From: Candidatus Krumholzibacteriota bacterium
Lineage (GTDB): Bacteria > Krumholzibacteriota > Krumholzibacteriia > JAJRXK01
Reading direction: 5' to 3'
Length of the DNA stretch: 64,000 nt
Assembly: GCA_963764625.1 (NCBI GenBank)
Contig: CAVXTH010000009.1
Coordinates: forward strand, 736,001 to 800,000
A model generated the notes under the pieces. The model searched no databases. It saw nothing but the letters and a program-made list of their open reading frames with translations, and was not told the DNA's origin. Made by a program: the position numbers and the translations under genes. Position 1 is the first letter of the stretch. Every line of letters begins with the position of its first letter. This document shows, piece after piece, positions 50,058 through 59,591 of the stretch.

Positions 50058-51365
50058 TCACCTTCCGAAACAGCCGTAGGCGAAGCCCAGAGACTCCATG
50101 TGCGCTCGCTCATACACGTTGCGACAATCGAGGAAGACAGCGCTACGCATCGACGACTTCAGGCGCAAGAGATCGAGAGTGCGAAAGGAGTTCCATTCGG
50201 TGACGAGCACCACTGCATCCGCGCCCTTCGCGCATGAGTAGGCGTCGTTCGTCGTTTCCATGTCCGCGACCACGCGACAAAAGCTCTGGTTGGCCTCGGG
50301 GTCGAAGCCCACCACGCTCGCGCCTTTCTGCCGGAGAATCCTCACCAGCTCGATCGCCGGAGCTTCCCGCACGTCGTCCGTGTTCGGCTTGAACGCCAGT
50401 CCCAACAGAGCGATGCGCTTTCCCTCGATCTTCCCCAGAAGAGCCTCGAGCTTGTGCACTGCTCTTGGGACTCGATGGGCGTTCACCTCGATCGCGGCGC
50501 TGATGATCGAGAGCTCCTCCTCGTGTTCTTTGCCCATGTTCACGATCGCCCGTGTGTCCTTGGGTAGACACGAACCACCGAACCCCAAGCCGGGGTGCAG
50601 AAACTTGGGGCCGATGCGCCCATCGAGCCCCATGACTTTGGCCACCGCGGAGACGTCGGCGCCGGTTTGCTCGCACAAGTCGGCGAGTTCGTTGATGTAG
50701 GAGATCTTCAGGGCCAAGAAAGCGTTACTGGCGTACTTGATGAGCTCGCTGGTGGGGATGTCGCAAACCACGATGGGAGTTTCAAGCAAGAAGAGCGGCC
50801 GATACAGCTCACGCAGAAGCCGTTCGCCGGCCGCCGATTCCACACCGAGCACGACCCGGTCCGGGCGCATGAAGTCCCCGATCGCGCTTCCCTCGCGCAA
50901 GAATTCTGGATTGGAGGCGACTTCGAATTTCGCTCCCTTTTGCGCGACGCTCTCGATCTCCGCCTTAACGCGGCGCGAGGTTCCCACCGGAACCGTGCTC
51001 TTGGTGACGATGAGCTTGCTCTCCCCCGCGACTAGATGCGTTCCCACTTCTCGGGCCACGCTGAGCACATGACTCAAGTCTGCCTCTCCACGTTCTCCGC
51101 TGGGAGTTTGCACCGCGATCATGATCACTTCCGCCGCGCGGATTCCCGCCTTGAGATCGGTGCTGAAATCGAGTCGGCCCTCTTCGTGATTGCGGAGCAC
51201 GAGTTGGGTAAGGCCCGGTTCGAAAAAGGGAATCTCGTGGCGCTTCAGAGCCGCGATGCGTTCCTTGTCGATGTCCACGCAATGCACTTCGTGCCCGAAA
51301 TCGGCGAAGCACGCCCCCGAGACCAAACCGACATAACCCGTTCCCACCATGCAGATCTTAGCCAC
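50058..51365 (-). CDS. ugd: UDP-glucose 6-dehydrogenase
   Basis: GTGYVG, KSTVPVG, NPEFLREG, KYASNAFLA, GFGGSCLPKD, FKPNTDD.R. Confidence 0.95.
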   Translation of the reverse strand: MAKICMVGTGYVGLVSGACFADFGHEVHCVDIDKERIAALKRHEIPFFEPGLTQLVLRNHEEGRLDFSTDLKAGIRAAEVIMIAVQTPSGERGEADLSHVLSVAREVGTHLVAGESKLIVTKSTVPVGTSRRVKAEIESVAQKGAKFEVASNPEFLREGSAIGDFMRPDRVVLGVESAAGERLLRELYRPLFLLETPIVVCDIPTSELIKYASNAFLALKISYINELADLCEQTGADVSAVAKVMGLDGRIGPKFLHPGLGFGGSCLPKDTRAIVNMGKEHEEELSIISAAIEVNAHRVPRAVHKLEALLGKIEGKRIALLGLAFKPNTDDVREAPAIELVRILRQKGASVVGFDPEANQSFCRVVADMETTNDAYSCAKGADAVVLVTEWNSFRTLDLLRLKSSMRSAVFLDCRNVYERAHMESLGFAYGCFGR

Positions 51366-52332
51366 CGGCCTCACCTCTTTGAAGTCGCGCGCGCCAATAC
51401 TCCAGTAGATCGTTCAGAGTTTGCTCCGCGGGGGTGGAAGGTGACCAACCCAGCAAAGCTTGGAGTTTCTTCACGTCGCCCACCAGGACTGGAACGTCCA
51501 GTGGGCGCAGTCGCTTCGGATCGACTCTTAGCTCGACTTCCCGGGTGGAAAGGGACCGAAGGATATCGAGTCCTCTCTCGATTGCCATGCCCTTCCCCGA
51601 GCAGACGTTGTAGACCTCACCCGGCTCACCCTTCTCGGCCAACTCCACGTACGCCCGGGCGACGTCGCGCACGTCGCTGAGATCACGTACCGCGGCCAGG
51701 TTTCCCACCAGGAGCTTACCCGGATCCTTCGAGTCTTGGCGTTCCTGCTCCGCGATCTGTCGCGCGAAACTGGAGAAGACGAAACGGTCGCTCTGACCGG
51801 GTCCGCTGTGGGTGAACGAACGGGTGCAGACGATGGGAAGCTGGTAGGCTTCGTGGTACTGCAAGCTCAGGAGAGTTTGCGCCACCTTACTGACGGCGTA
51901 GGGAGAGGCCGGGCGCAGCGCGTGATCTTCTCGCACCGGGATCTCGTTCTCGTCAAGAATGGGTCCATACTCCTCGCACGACCCCACCGAGAGAAAAACC
52001 GTATCCTTCTTCGAAGCGTGACGAATTCCCTCGAGTAAATTGACGGTAGTCTGCAAATTCACGTGCAGGGTTTCGCCCGGCCACTCGAAGGAACGCGCGG
52101 CGCTGCTCTGTGCGGCGAGGTGGAACACCGCGTCGGGCTGGTTCTGCCGCACGGCGCGTGCCACCGCTTCGGGGTCGAGAAGATCCAGCTCGAGTTCCTC
52201 GTGGCCACTCTCGTTTCGCTCAGCCCGTCCGGGGCGATCGATCCCCTGGACTTCTGTCCCGCGTCTGATGAGTTCTCGAATCAACCACGGCGCAACGAAG
52301 CCGTGGCTTCCCGTGACCCAGGCACGCTTCAA
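51358..52332 (-). CDS. GDP-sugar SDR, Rmd-like (GDP-4-keto-6-deoxy-mannose reductase)
   Basis: TGSHGFV, HLAAQS, GSCEEYG, SPYAVSK, GNL...RD..DVRD. Confidence 0.85.
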   Translation of the reverse strand: MKRAWVTGSHGFVAPWLIRELIRRGTEVQGIDRPGRAERNESGHEELELDLLDPEAVARAVRQNQPDAVFHLAAQSSAARSFEWPGETLHVNLQTTVNLLEGIRHASKKDTVFLSVGSCEEYGPILDENEIPVREDHALRPASPYAVSKVAQTLLSLQYHEAYQLPIVCTRSFTHSGPGQSDRFVFSSFARQIAEQERQDSKDPGKLLVGNLAAVRDLSDVRDVARAYVELAEKGEPGEVYNVCSGKGMAIERGLDILRSLSTREVELRVDPKRLRPLDVPVLVGDVKKLQALLGWSPSTPAEQTLNDLLEYWRARLQRGEAGG

Positions 52333-53303
52333 GAGTCGGAGCCTCCGGTGGAGGCGAGCGTCTTACGCCAGTGGTCCAGGATCTCATCGAGCGTATCTTC
52401 GAAGGGAATCTCTGGCTTCCATCCCGCGATCTTGTGGAATTTCTCTGCGCTACCCTTCAGGACCGGCACGTCACTCGGGCGGGCGCGCGCGGGATCGAAT
52501 TCGACTTTCACTTCCACCTCGCTGCGCGAGAGCAAGTGGTCCAGAATCTGACGAATGCTCCAGGCGCGGCCGCTGCAGAGATTGTAGACCTCACCGGACT
52601 CCGCTTTCTGCAGCGCGAGTTGATACCCTCTCACGATGTCCCGCACGTCGGTGAAGTCGCGCCGGGCTTCGAGGTTTCCCGCCTTGATGACGGGCTCGGC
52701 TTCGCCGCGTTCGATCCGCGCGATCTGCCAGGCGAAATTGGAGCACACGAAGACCTGTCCCCGGCGGGGCCCCGTGTGATTGAATCCGCGCGTGCGGACC
52801 ACGTCGATTCCATAGGAGCGAAAGTACTGATAGGCGAGAAGGTCTTGCGCCACCTTGCTCACCGCGTAGGGTGAGAGGGGGCGAAGAGGCTGGTCTTCGG
52901 TGATGGGCAGCTCCTCCTCATGGACGAGTCCATATTCCTCGCTGCTTCCGGCGATCTGAATGCGGGGCGAGATCTTCAGTTGCCTCACGGCCTCGAAGAG
53001 GTTGAGCTCTCCCTGGATGTTGGTGTCCAGAGTTGCGCCGGGGCTCGTCCACGAGGTCGGAACGAAGGACTGGGCGGCCAAATGGTAGATCTCGTCCGGG
53101 CGCGAGACCTCCAGTACATGGCGCATGGCGGCCGCGTCGGCGATGTCGCCCTCGACCAGCTGGACGCGGTCCTGAAGATGTCGGACGTTTTCGAGCCGGC
53201 TGCGCCAGCGATAGAGTCCATACACCTCGGTCCCGCGCTGAAGAAGCGCCTCCGCGAGGTGGCTGCCCACGAAACCAGTGTAACCGGTGATCAGTGCCCG
53301 CAT
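52329..53303 (-). CDS. GDP-sugar SDR, Rmd/Gmd-like
   Basis: TGYTGFVG, HLAAQSFV, GSSEEYG, SPYAVSK, FNHTGPRRG, GNLEARRDF. Confidence 0.88.
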   Translation of the reverse strand: MRALITGYTGFVGSHLAEALLQRGTEVYGLYRWRSRLENVRHLQDRVQLVEGDIADAAAMRHVLEVSRPDEIYHLAAQSFVPTSWTSPGATLDTNIQGELNLFEAVRQLKISPRIQIAGSSEEYGLVHEEELPITEDQPLRPLSPYAVSKVAQDLLAYQYFRSYGIDVVRTRGFNHTGPRRGQVFVCSNFAWQIARIERGEAEPVIKAGNLEARRDFTDVRDIVRGYQLALQKAESGEVYNLCSGRAWSIRQILDHLLSRSEVEVKVEFDPARARPSDVPVLKGSAEKFHKIAGWKPEIPFEDTLDEILDHWRKTLASTGGSDS

Positions 53304-53471
53304 GTTTGGCGTTCTCCCGTGTTTCGTCCTTTGGGGCGACATGGCAAGCTGAGTCTTGGCATGAAGGAGAACCAAGGATACGGTGAAGCCGATCCGCGGT
53401 CAACGTAGCGCCCGCGTTGGAGTGGGCGCGAGCGCGGCGATCGACTCCGTCTGGGAAAGGAATCGTTTCCG

Positions 53472-54425
53472 GTGCAAACCTCGGTGGCATTCATCTTGGT
53501 GGTGGTAGGAGCGTTGGGCACCTGGCTCGGGGCCGAGATGCTGGTGCGCGGCGCGACCAGAATCGCGTTCCGTTTGGGAGTTCGTCCCATGGTGGTGGGG
53601 ATGACCGTGGTCGCGTTGGGGACCAGCGCGCCGGAAGCCGTCTCCTCGCTCACCGCGGCGCGCTTGGGTTCGGGCGGCCTGGCCCTGGGAAACGTGCTGG
53701 GTTCCAACATCGCGAACATCGGCCTGATCCTGGGGATCCTGGGGTTGATGCGGCCCATCCAGGTCAGCTGGGCTCTGGTCAGGTCGGAGATCCGGATTCT
53801 GGTGGCGGTGACTTGCTTGGGGGTGGCTCTGGCTCTCTTCCCGCGCGGGTTCTCCGTTCTGGACGGGGTGATTCTGCTCGCAGGCCTGGGTCTGTTCTGC
53901 TGGTACTACCTGCGCAGCGATCACGCGGTCAGCGAGACCCCTCTTTCGGGGCAGGAAATCACCCGAGAAGGTGGAGTCGTCTTCCCGCTGTCGATGGTGC
54001 TCCTCGGCCTCGTGTTTCTGGTGGGCGGCGCCGCCGCCCTGGTGAACGGCGCCCGGACGGTGGCGCTTCGGATGGGGATCGACGAGAGCGTGGTTGGCGC
54101 CACCCTGGTGGCGGTGGGCACCTCACTCCCGGAGCTGGCCGCGTCGATCGTGGCGGTGCTTCGCGGACAGCACGAAATCGGAGTGGGCAACATCCTCGGC
54201 TCGAACATTCTGAATTTGCTCTTCGTACTGGGGATCAGCGCCACCTTTGGTGGGCACTTCATTCCCTACGACTCCAAGTCCACTGGCTTTCTACTTTTCG
54301 TGATGGTCTTCTTTACCCTGGCCGTGATTCCCATCCTGCATCGGCATGGGCGCGTGGAAAGGCCAGAAGCGGCGGCACTCTTGCTGCTCTACATCGCGTT
54401 CTCGATCTACGTCTACCGTTTCTAG
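53472..54425 (+). CDS. Ca2+/Na+ antiporter (YrbG family)
   Basis: Two alpha repeats GTSAPE...GNVLGSN and GTSLPE...GNILGSN. Confidence 0.93.
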   Translation: MQTSVAFILVVVGALGTWLGAEMLVRGATRIAFRLGVRPMVVGMTVVALGTSAPEAVSSLTAARLGSGGLALGNVLGSNIANIGLILGILGLMRPIQVSWALVRSEIRILVAVTCLGVALALFPRGFSVLDGVILLAGLGLFCWYYLRSDHAVSETPLSGQEITREGGVVFPLSMVLLGLVFLVGGAAALVNGARTVALRMGIDESVVGATLVAVGTSLPELAASIVAVLRGQHEIGVGNILGSNILNLLFVLGISATFGGHFIPYDSKSTGFLLFVMVFFTLAVIPILHRHGRVERPEAAALLLLYIAFSIYVYRF

Positions 54426-54447
54426 CTTCTCCACACCGGAGCCGAAC

Positions 54448-55551
54448 GTGAAGCGCAGCTCTCCTCATCTCTTGAACTGGCTCGGTCGTCTCATCGATCC
54501 CACTGTCCTGAGCTCACCGCTCTTGGCTCCGGACGCGGCTACCCTGGAGTTGGCGAACGCCAACGGAATGCTCTCATTGCTCCATCGAGTGCTGGTCGAC
54601 GACGGAGTCTTCGGCGAGCTTCCTCCTCTGCTGAAGAAGAGGATGCACGACGCGCGCGACCAAGAGATCACGCTGGACCTGAAGATCCACGAGGCGACCC
54701 GCGGCCTGGCCGAGGAGTTTGCCACGGCCGCGATTCCCGTGATCGCGCTAAACGGAACCGCATTGCGTAGCGTGCTCTATGAACCTCGGGGGTGGACCCA
54801 CGCCCCCGACGGTATCGATCTCCTCTTGGGCCGCGATTCGATGGAGGAGGCGGAGAAGCTCCTCGATGCCTGCGGATTCGTCCGTCTGGGGCAGAATCCG
54901 CCGGAGTTCTACGTGCATCACCATCGCGCCGAACCGCGAACCTTGCCCGGTTGCCCCGCGCTGCGGCTCGAACTCCACTGGGACCTGGCGCGTTCGCCTC
55001 ACTCCTTTCATCTCGACCTGGACGGAATGTGGCAGCGCGCGATTCCTCTGTCCCCCCACGAGGGAAGCCTGCTGCGGCTGGTCGATTCCGATCTGCTGGT
55101 TCAGCTGTGCTTGCGCATCGATCACGACGAGAACTACGCGGGCTGCATGCGCGCGTTGGTGGAAGCGTTGGCCTTCGCACGCCACCGGCGCGTCGATGGT
55201 CACACCCTCTCCCTGCGGGCGCGAGAAGCGAGAGCGCAGATGGAGGTGAGCCGGGTGTTGGGTTTGGCGAGTTTGTTCCTGGGACTGGGCGCACCGGCCG
55301 GCCTGCCGCTCAACCGGGGGCCCAAAGGTCTACGGGGTAGGAGTTGGCGCGCGCTCGTGCAGCGCACTCTCTGGCGTCAACATGAGGGCGGGATGCTTCC
55401 ACTTTGGTACTTGAATTACGCGACCGAGGTTCTTCTGCGTGCGAAGTCGTCTCCGCATGCCCTCGCGCTGCTTCTGAAGCCGGTGCTCTCCAACCCGCGG
55501 CTCGGTGGCCGCGGCTTCGTGCATCCGCGCCGCGAGGAGCTCGAGGATTAA
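54448..55551 (+). CDS. Nucleotidyltransferase family protein (NTP_transf_5-like)
   Basis: IALNGTAL..LY, IDLLL, LELHWDL, LWQRA-like, DLLVQLC.R; catalytic motif is divergent. Confidence 0.75.
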   Translation: MKRSSPHLLNWLGRLIDPTVLSSPLLAPDAATLELANANGMLSLLHRVLVDDGVFGELPPLLKKRMHDARDQEITLDLKIHEATRGLAEEFATAAIPVIALNGTALRSVLYEPRGWTHAPDGIDLLLGRDSMEEAEKLLDACGFVRLGQNPPEFYVHHHRAEPRTLPGCPALRLELHWDLARSPHSFHLDLDGMWQRAIPLSPHEGSLLRLVDSDLLVQLCLRIDHDENYAGCMRALVEALAFARHRRVDGHTLSLRAREARAQMEVSRVLGLASLFLGLGAPAGLPLNRGPKGLRGRSWRALVQRTLWRQHEGGMLPLWYLNYATEVLLRAKSSPHALALLLKPVLSNPRLGGRGFVHPRREELED

Positions 55552-55859
55552 CTCGCCTCCGGCGGGGACACCACGAGCAGATTCTCACTTTCCAACGCGT
55601 TTAGAAAAGCCTCGAAGTCCTGCCGGGCGGTTTCCTCGACGACGTCGAATGACTCGACGATTTTCGCCAAAATCTGCGCGTTCGAAGCTTGACCGTCACA
55701 GAGATCCCAGATGAAGAGCGCAACCGGATTCAGACTGAAATAAAAGCCCGTCTCCAGGTTCACGAGGATTCCCTCTTCCTCGACGGCTTGCCAGCGAACT
55801 TGCTCGTTTCGGCTCGGGCGAAAGTCGGGGTCGAAAACCACGGTTCCTCCAAAGGGCAT
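55548..55859 (-). CDS. PqqD family protein (RiPP recognition element)
   Basis: ILVNLETGFYFSLNPVALFIWDLCDG...FDV..ETARQD...FL..L...LL. Confidence 0.92.
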   Translation of the reverse strand: MPFGGTVVFDPDFRPSRNEQVRWQAVEEEGILVNLETGFYFSLNPVALFIWDLCDGQASNAQILAKIVESFDVVEETARQDFEAFLNALESENLLVVSPPEAS

Positions 55860-55877
55860 AGGACCGGTCGGAAAGGG

Positions 55878-55906
55878 AGGTTAGAGGGCACAGAGGGAGC
55901 TGTCAA
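55878..55906 (-). promoter_or_regulatory. Putative sigma70 promoter of the PqqD gene
   Basis: Minus strand TTGACA-N17-TAACCT, ending 18 nt before the ATG. Confidence 0.7.
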
Positions 55907-56094
55907 TCGCCTAGGCGCGCGCACCGTAAGAGAATTTGACTGCAGAAACCCAAATAGACGATTCTATTTTAGTCCACCCCTGAAGGCGCGGGGCCGGGGG
56001 GGGATTCGGGGCTTTGCGGTGGGCAAACCGTGGACTTGTGCTACTTTTCCCTCTCCGCGGAGAGCCAACCCGGAGAAAACCGAGGAGAGGACAC

Positions 56095-57495
56095 GTGCCA
56101 GAGAGAGAGTACGAAGTTCTGGTGGTGGGAGCGGGCCCCGGCGGCTACGTCGCCGCGATTCGCAGCGCGCAGCTGGGAATGAAGACCGCGATCGTCGAAA
56201 GGGATCAGCGTCTGGGCGGGACCTGCCTGCTGCGAGGGTGCATCCCCACTAAGGCCATGCTCCACGCGGCCGATCTGGTCACCGAGATTCGGCGAGCCAA
56301 GAGCGCCGGGATCCAGGTGGGTGGGGTCGAGATCGATTTCAGTGGCGTGATGAAGTCGAAGGAGGCCGCGGTCACCAAGAACTCCAAGGGCGTCGATTTC
56401 CTCATGAAGAAGAACAAGATCGACGTACTCCACGGGCACGCGACGCTCCTGGCCGCAGGCAAACTCGCGCTGAAGGGTGAGAACTCAAGTCAGGAGATCT
56501 CCGCCAGCAAGGGGATCATTCTGGCCATGGGCAGTCGCCCGCGCGCGATTGGGGCCTTCGAGGTCGACGGCAAGAAGATCGTGGACAGCGATCAGATTCT
56601 TCAGTTGAAGGAGATCCCTGAGCGCCTGGCGGTCCTGGGCGCCGGTGCGGTGGGCGTCGAGTTCGCCTCGATCTTCTCCCGCTTCGGCAGCAAGCTCACC
56701 CTCATCGAAATGCTGCCGCGCATCGTGCCCCTGGAAGACGAGGAGATCAGCGCCGAGCTCACGAAATCGTTCAAGAAGCAGGGCATGGACGTGCGAGCGG
56801 GAACCACTCTTCAGTCAGCCAAGGTCAAGGGCAACACGGTCGAGCTCGTCACTTCCAAGGACGAGAAGAAGGACACGATCGAGGCGGACATGCTGCTCGT
56901 CGCGGTGGGGCGCGCCCCAAACAGCGAGAATTGTGGCTTGCAAGAAGCGGGGGTCAAACTGGAGAAGGGCTACGTGGTGGTGGACGAGTACATGCGTACC
57001 GCTCTTCCCAAGGTGTATGCGATCGGTGACCTCGTACCCACGCCGCAGTTCGCGCACACGGCGAGCGCGGAGGGAATCGTCGCCGCGGAACACATCGCGC
57101 AGGTTTCGACCCGCCCGCTCGACTACGAGAAAACCCCGGGATGCACCTACTGCTATCCCGAGGTGGCGAGCATCGGGCTCAGCGAGGCCGAGGCGAAATC
57201 CCGCGGCTACGAGGTGGCCATCGGCAAGTTTCCCTGGGCCGCCAGCGGCAAGGCGCGAATCCTGGGAGAGAGCGGCGGATTCGTGAAGATCGTGCGCGAG
57301 ACGCGCTACGACGAAATCCTCGGAATCCACATCATCGGCCCCCACGCGACCGATCTAATCGGTGAGGCATGCGCTCTCTTGGGTCTGGAAGCGACCAACG
57401 AGGAGTTGACGCGCATCGTCCATCCGCACCCGACCCTCACGGAAGCCATGATGGAAGCCGGCCACGATGCGGCCGGCCACGCGATAGGGATGTGA
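56095..57495 (+). CDS. lpdA: Dihydrolipoyl dehydrogenase (E3)
   Basis: GAGPGGYVAA, GGTCLLRGCIPTK, GAGAVGVE, HPHPTLTE. Confidence 0.97.
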   Translation: MPEREYEVLVVGAGPGGYVAAIRSAQLGMKTAIVERDQRLGGTCLLRGCIPTKAMLHAADLVTEIRRAKSAGIQVGGVEIDFSGVMKSKEAAVTKNSKGVDFLMKKNKIDVLHGHATLLAAGKLALKGENSSQEISASKGIILAMGSRPRAIGAFEVDGKKIVDSDQILQLKEIPERLAVLGAGAVGVEFASIFSRFGSKLTLIEMLPRIVPLEDEEISAELTKSFKKQGMDVRAGTTLQSAKVKGNTVELVTSKDEKKDTIEADMLLVAVGRAPNSENCGLQEAGVKLEKGYVVVDEYMRTALPKVYAIGDLVPTPQFAHTASAEGIVAAEHIAQVSTRPLDYEKTPGCTYCYPEVASIGLSEAEAKSRGYEVAIGKFPWAASGKARILGESGGFVKIVRETRYDEILGIHIIGPHATDLIGEACALLGLEATNEELTRIVHPHPTLTEAMMEAGHDAAGHAIGM

Positions 57496-57497
57496 GC

Positions 57498-58547
57498 ATG
57501 GGTTTCAACGTCGCCGATCCCGTTCCCCCGCTTCTGCGCCACACCACGGCGCGCTTGGGCAAGAAACAACTGCTCGAGTTGTACCGTTACATGATCCTCA
57601 CTCGCATGACCGAGGATCGCCTGAGCAAGCTCTATCGCCAGGGCAAGGTGGTCGGCGGACTCTATAGCTCTCTGGGACAGGAGGCGGTGGCGGTCGGAAC
57701 CGCGTACGCCCTGGAAAAGGGAGACCGGATGGGTGCGCTCATCCGCGACCTGGGATCGCTCATGGTCAAGGGCATCCGACCGCGCGAGATCTTCACCCAG
57801 TATCTCGCCCGCGGCAGTAGTCCCTCGTTCGGCCGCGATGGCAACACGCACTTCGGACCGATCGAACGCGATCTCATCGCTCCCATCTCCATGCTGGGAG
57901 CGATGATCCCGGTCCTCGCCGGAACCGCTTTGGTGGCCAAGCTGCGCAAGACGAAGCGGGTCGCGATGACTTACATCGGCGACGGAGGGGCTTCCACCGG
58001 GGACTTTCACGAGGGGCTGAACTTGGCTGCGGTCTGGAAACTTCCTCTCATTCTCATCTGCGAAAACAACGGCTACGCGTACAGCACGCCCACCGCGGCG
58101 CAGACCGGCAACCCGCGCTTTGCCGATCGGGCCAAGGCCTACGGCATCAAGGGAGAGCGGGTCGACGGAAACGACGTCATCGCGGTCTACCACTCCACCG
58201 CGCGCGCGGTTCGCCGCTGCCGCAAGGGAGAAGGTCCCATTTTGCTCGAAATGCTCACCTTCCGCCGTCGCGGACATGCGGAGCACGACGACGCAGGCTA
58301 CGTTCCCAAGGATCTTCTCAAGTACTGGGAGGCGCGCGACCCCATCGACCGGCTCCGCAGCTACCTCCTCTTGGAAGGCTTGGTCACGCAGCCCCAACTC
58401 GACGCCATGCGCGACGCCATCGCCAATGAACTCGAGGAAGATGCCGAGTTCGCTCTGAACTCGCCCCTGCCCGATCCCTCGATGGCCTTCGGCGGAGTGT
58501 ACGCGGAAGATCACGATCCGCGCGTCTCCAAGGCAGAGGAGGCGTGA
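57498..58547 (+). CDS. 2-oxoacid dehydrogenase E1 alpha subunit
   Basis: GQEA, GDG..S.GDFHE, ENN.YAYST, VDGND, RRGH. Confidence 0.94.
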   Translation: MGFNVADPVPPLLRHTTARLGKKQLLELYRYMILTRMTEDRLSKLYRQGKVVGGLYSSLGQEAVAVGTAYALEKGDRMGALIRDLGSLMVKGIRPREIFTQYLARGSSPSFGRDGNTHFGPIERDLIAPISMLGAMIPVLAGTALVAKLRKTKRVAMTYIGDGGASTGDFHEGLNLAAVWKLPLILICENNGYAYSTPTAAQTGNPRFADRAKAYGIKGERVDGNDVIAVYHSTARAVRRCRKGEGPILLEMLTFRRRGHAEHDDAGYVPKDLLKYWEARDPIDRLRSYLLLEGLVTQPQLDAMRDAIANELEEDAEFALNSPLPDPSMAFGGVYAEDHDPRVSKAEEA

Positions 58548-59527
58548 TGGCTGAACGGACTTACATCGAAGCGATTCACGACGGGTTGTGGGAGGAGATG
58601 GAGCGCGACGAATCAGTTCTGCTCATGGGAGAAGACGTCGGACACTATGGCGGCGCGTTTCGGGCCACCTCAGGACTGCTCGAACATTTCGGACCACAGC
58701 GCGTTCTGGACACCCCGATCTCCGAATCGGCCATCGTGGGATGCGCCATCGGCGCCGCGCTGGAGGGCATGCGGCCGGTGGTCGAGATGCAGTTCATCGA
58801 CTTCATCGCCTGCGCATTCAACATGCTCGTCAACTGGGCCGCGAAAGCGCGTTATCGACTGGGCTACGCCCTACCCATGGTCGTTCGCGGACCTTCGGGA
58901 GGCGGTGTGCACGGGGGACCGTTCCACAGTCAAAACGTGGAGAGCTTCTTCACCTCCACTCCTGGCTTGAAGATCGTGCAACCGGCCACCGCGCGCGACG
59001 CGAAGGGACTCTTGAAGGCGGCGATTCGCGACGACGATCCCGTTCTTTTTCTCGAGCACAAGTTTCTCTACCGAAGGATCAAAGAGGACCTAGAGGACGA
59101 CGAGGAGATCCTCACTCCCCTGGGGAAAGCCGCCACTCTGCGGGAAGGAGACGATCTGGCGATCATCAGCTACGGAGCGATGGTCCACACCGCATTGCAG
59201 GCGGCGCAGCAGCTTTTTGAGGAAGATGGCGTCGAGGCCGAGGTTCTCGATTTGCGGAGTCTAGTTCCCTTGGATGAAGAGGCGGTCTTGGCGGCGGCGC
59301 GGCGCAGTGGGCGCGTGCTTCTGCTGCACGAAGCGACTCTGAACGGCGGATTCGGCGGTGAACTCGCGGCACGCATCGCCGAGAAGGCGTTCGAGTGGTT
59401 GGACGCGCCCCTGATGCGGCTGGCGTCGCCCGACAGCGCCGTACCGTACAGTCCACCCTTGGAAGAGGCGTTCTTGCCTCAGGTCGCGCAGGTGGTGGCG
59501 AAGGCTCGGACTCTGGTGCGATACTAA
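58544..59527 (+). CDS. 2-oxoacid dehydrogenase E1 beta subunit
   Basis: GEDVG..GGAF, DTPISE, EMQF.DF, HSQ, FLEHK, DLRSL.PLD. Confidence 0.95.
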   Translation: MMAERTYIEAIHDGLWEEMERDESVLLMGEDVGHYGGAFRATSGLLEHFGPQRVLDTPISESAIVGCAIGAALEGMRPVVEMQFIDFIACAFNMLVNWAAKARYRLGYALPMVVRGPSGGGVHGGPFHSQNVESFFTSTPGLKIVQPATARDAKGLLKAAIRDDDPVLFLEHKFLYRRIKEDLEDDEEILTPLGKAATLREGDDLAIISYGAMVHTALQAAQQLFEEDGVEAEVLDLRSLVPLDEEAVLAAARRSGRVLLLHEATLNGGFGGELAARIAEKAFEWLDAPLMRLASPDSAVPYSPPLEEAFLPQVAQVVAKARTLVRY

Positions 59528-59591
59528 GAGTTTGGGCGGCTCTTTCCAGTTCTCAACGAGTGCCAGTCGCGGATGCTGGCCGGGAGGAACC

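Noticed and set aside
55548-55859. PQQ biosynthesis
   Set aside because: No pqqA, B, C or E in the window
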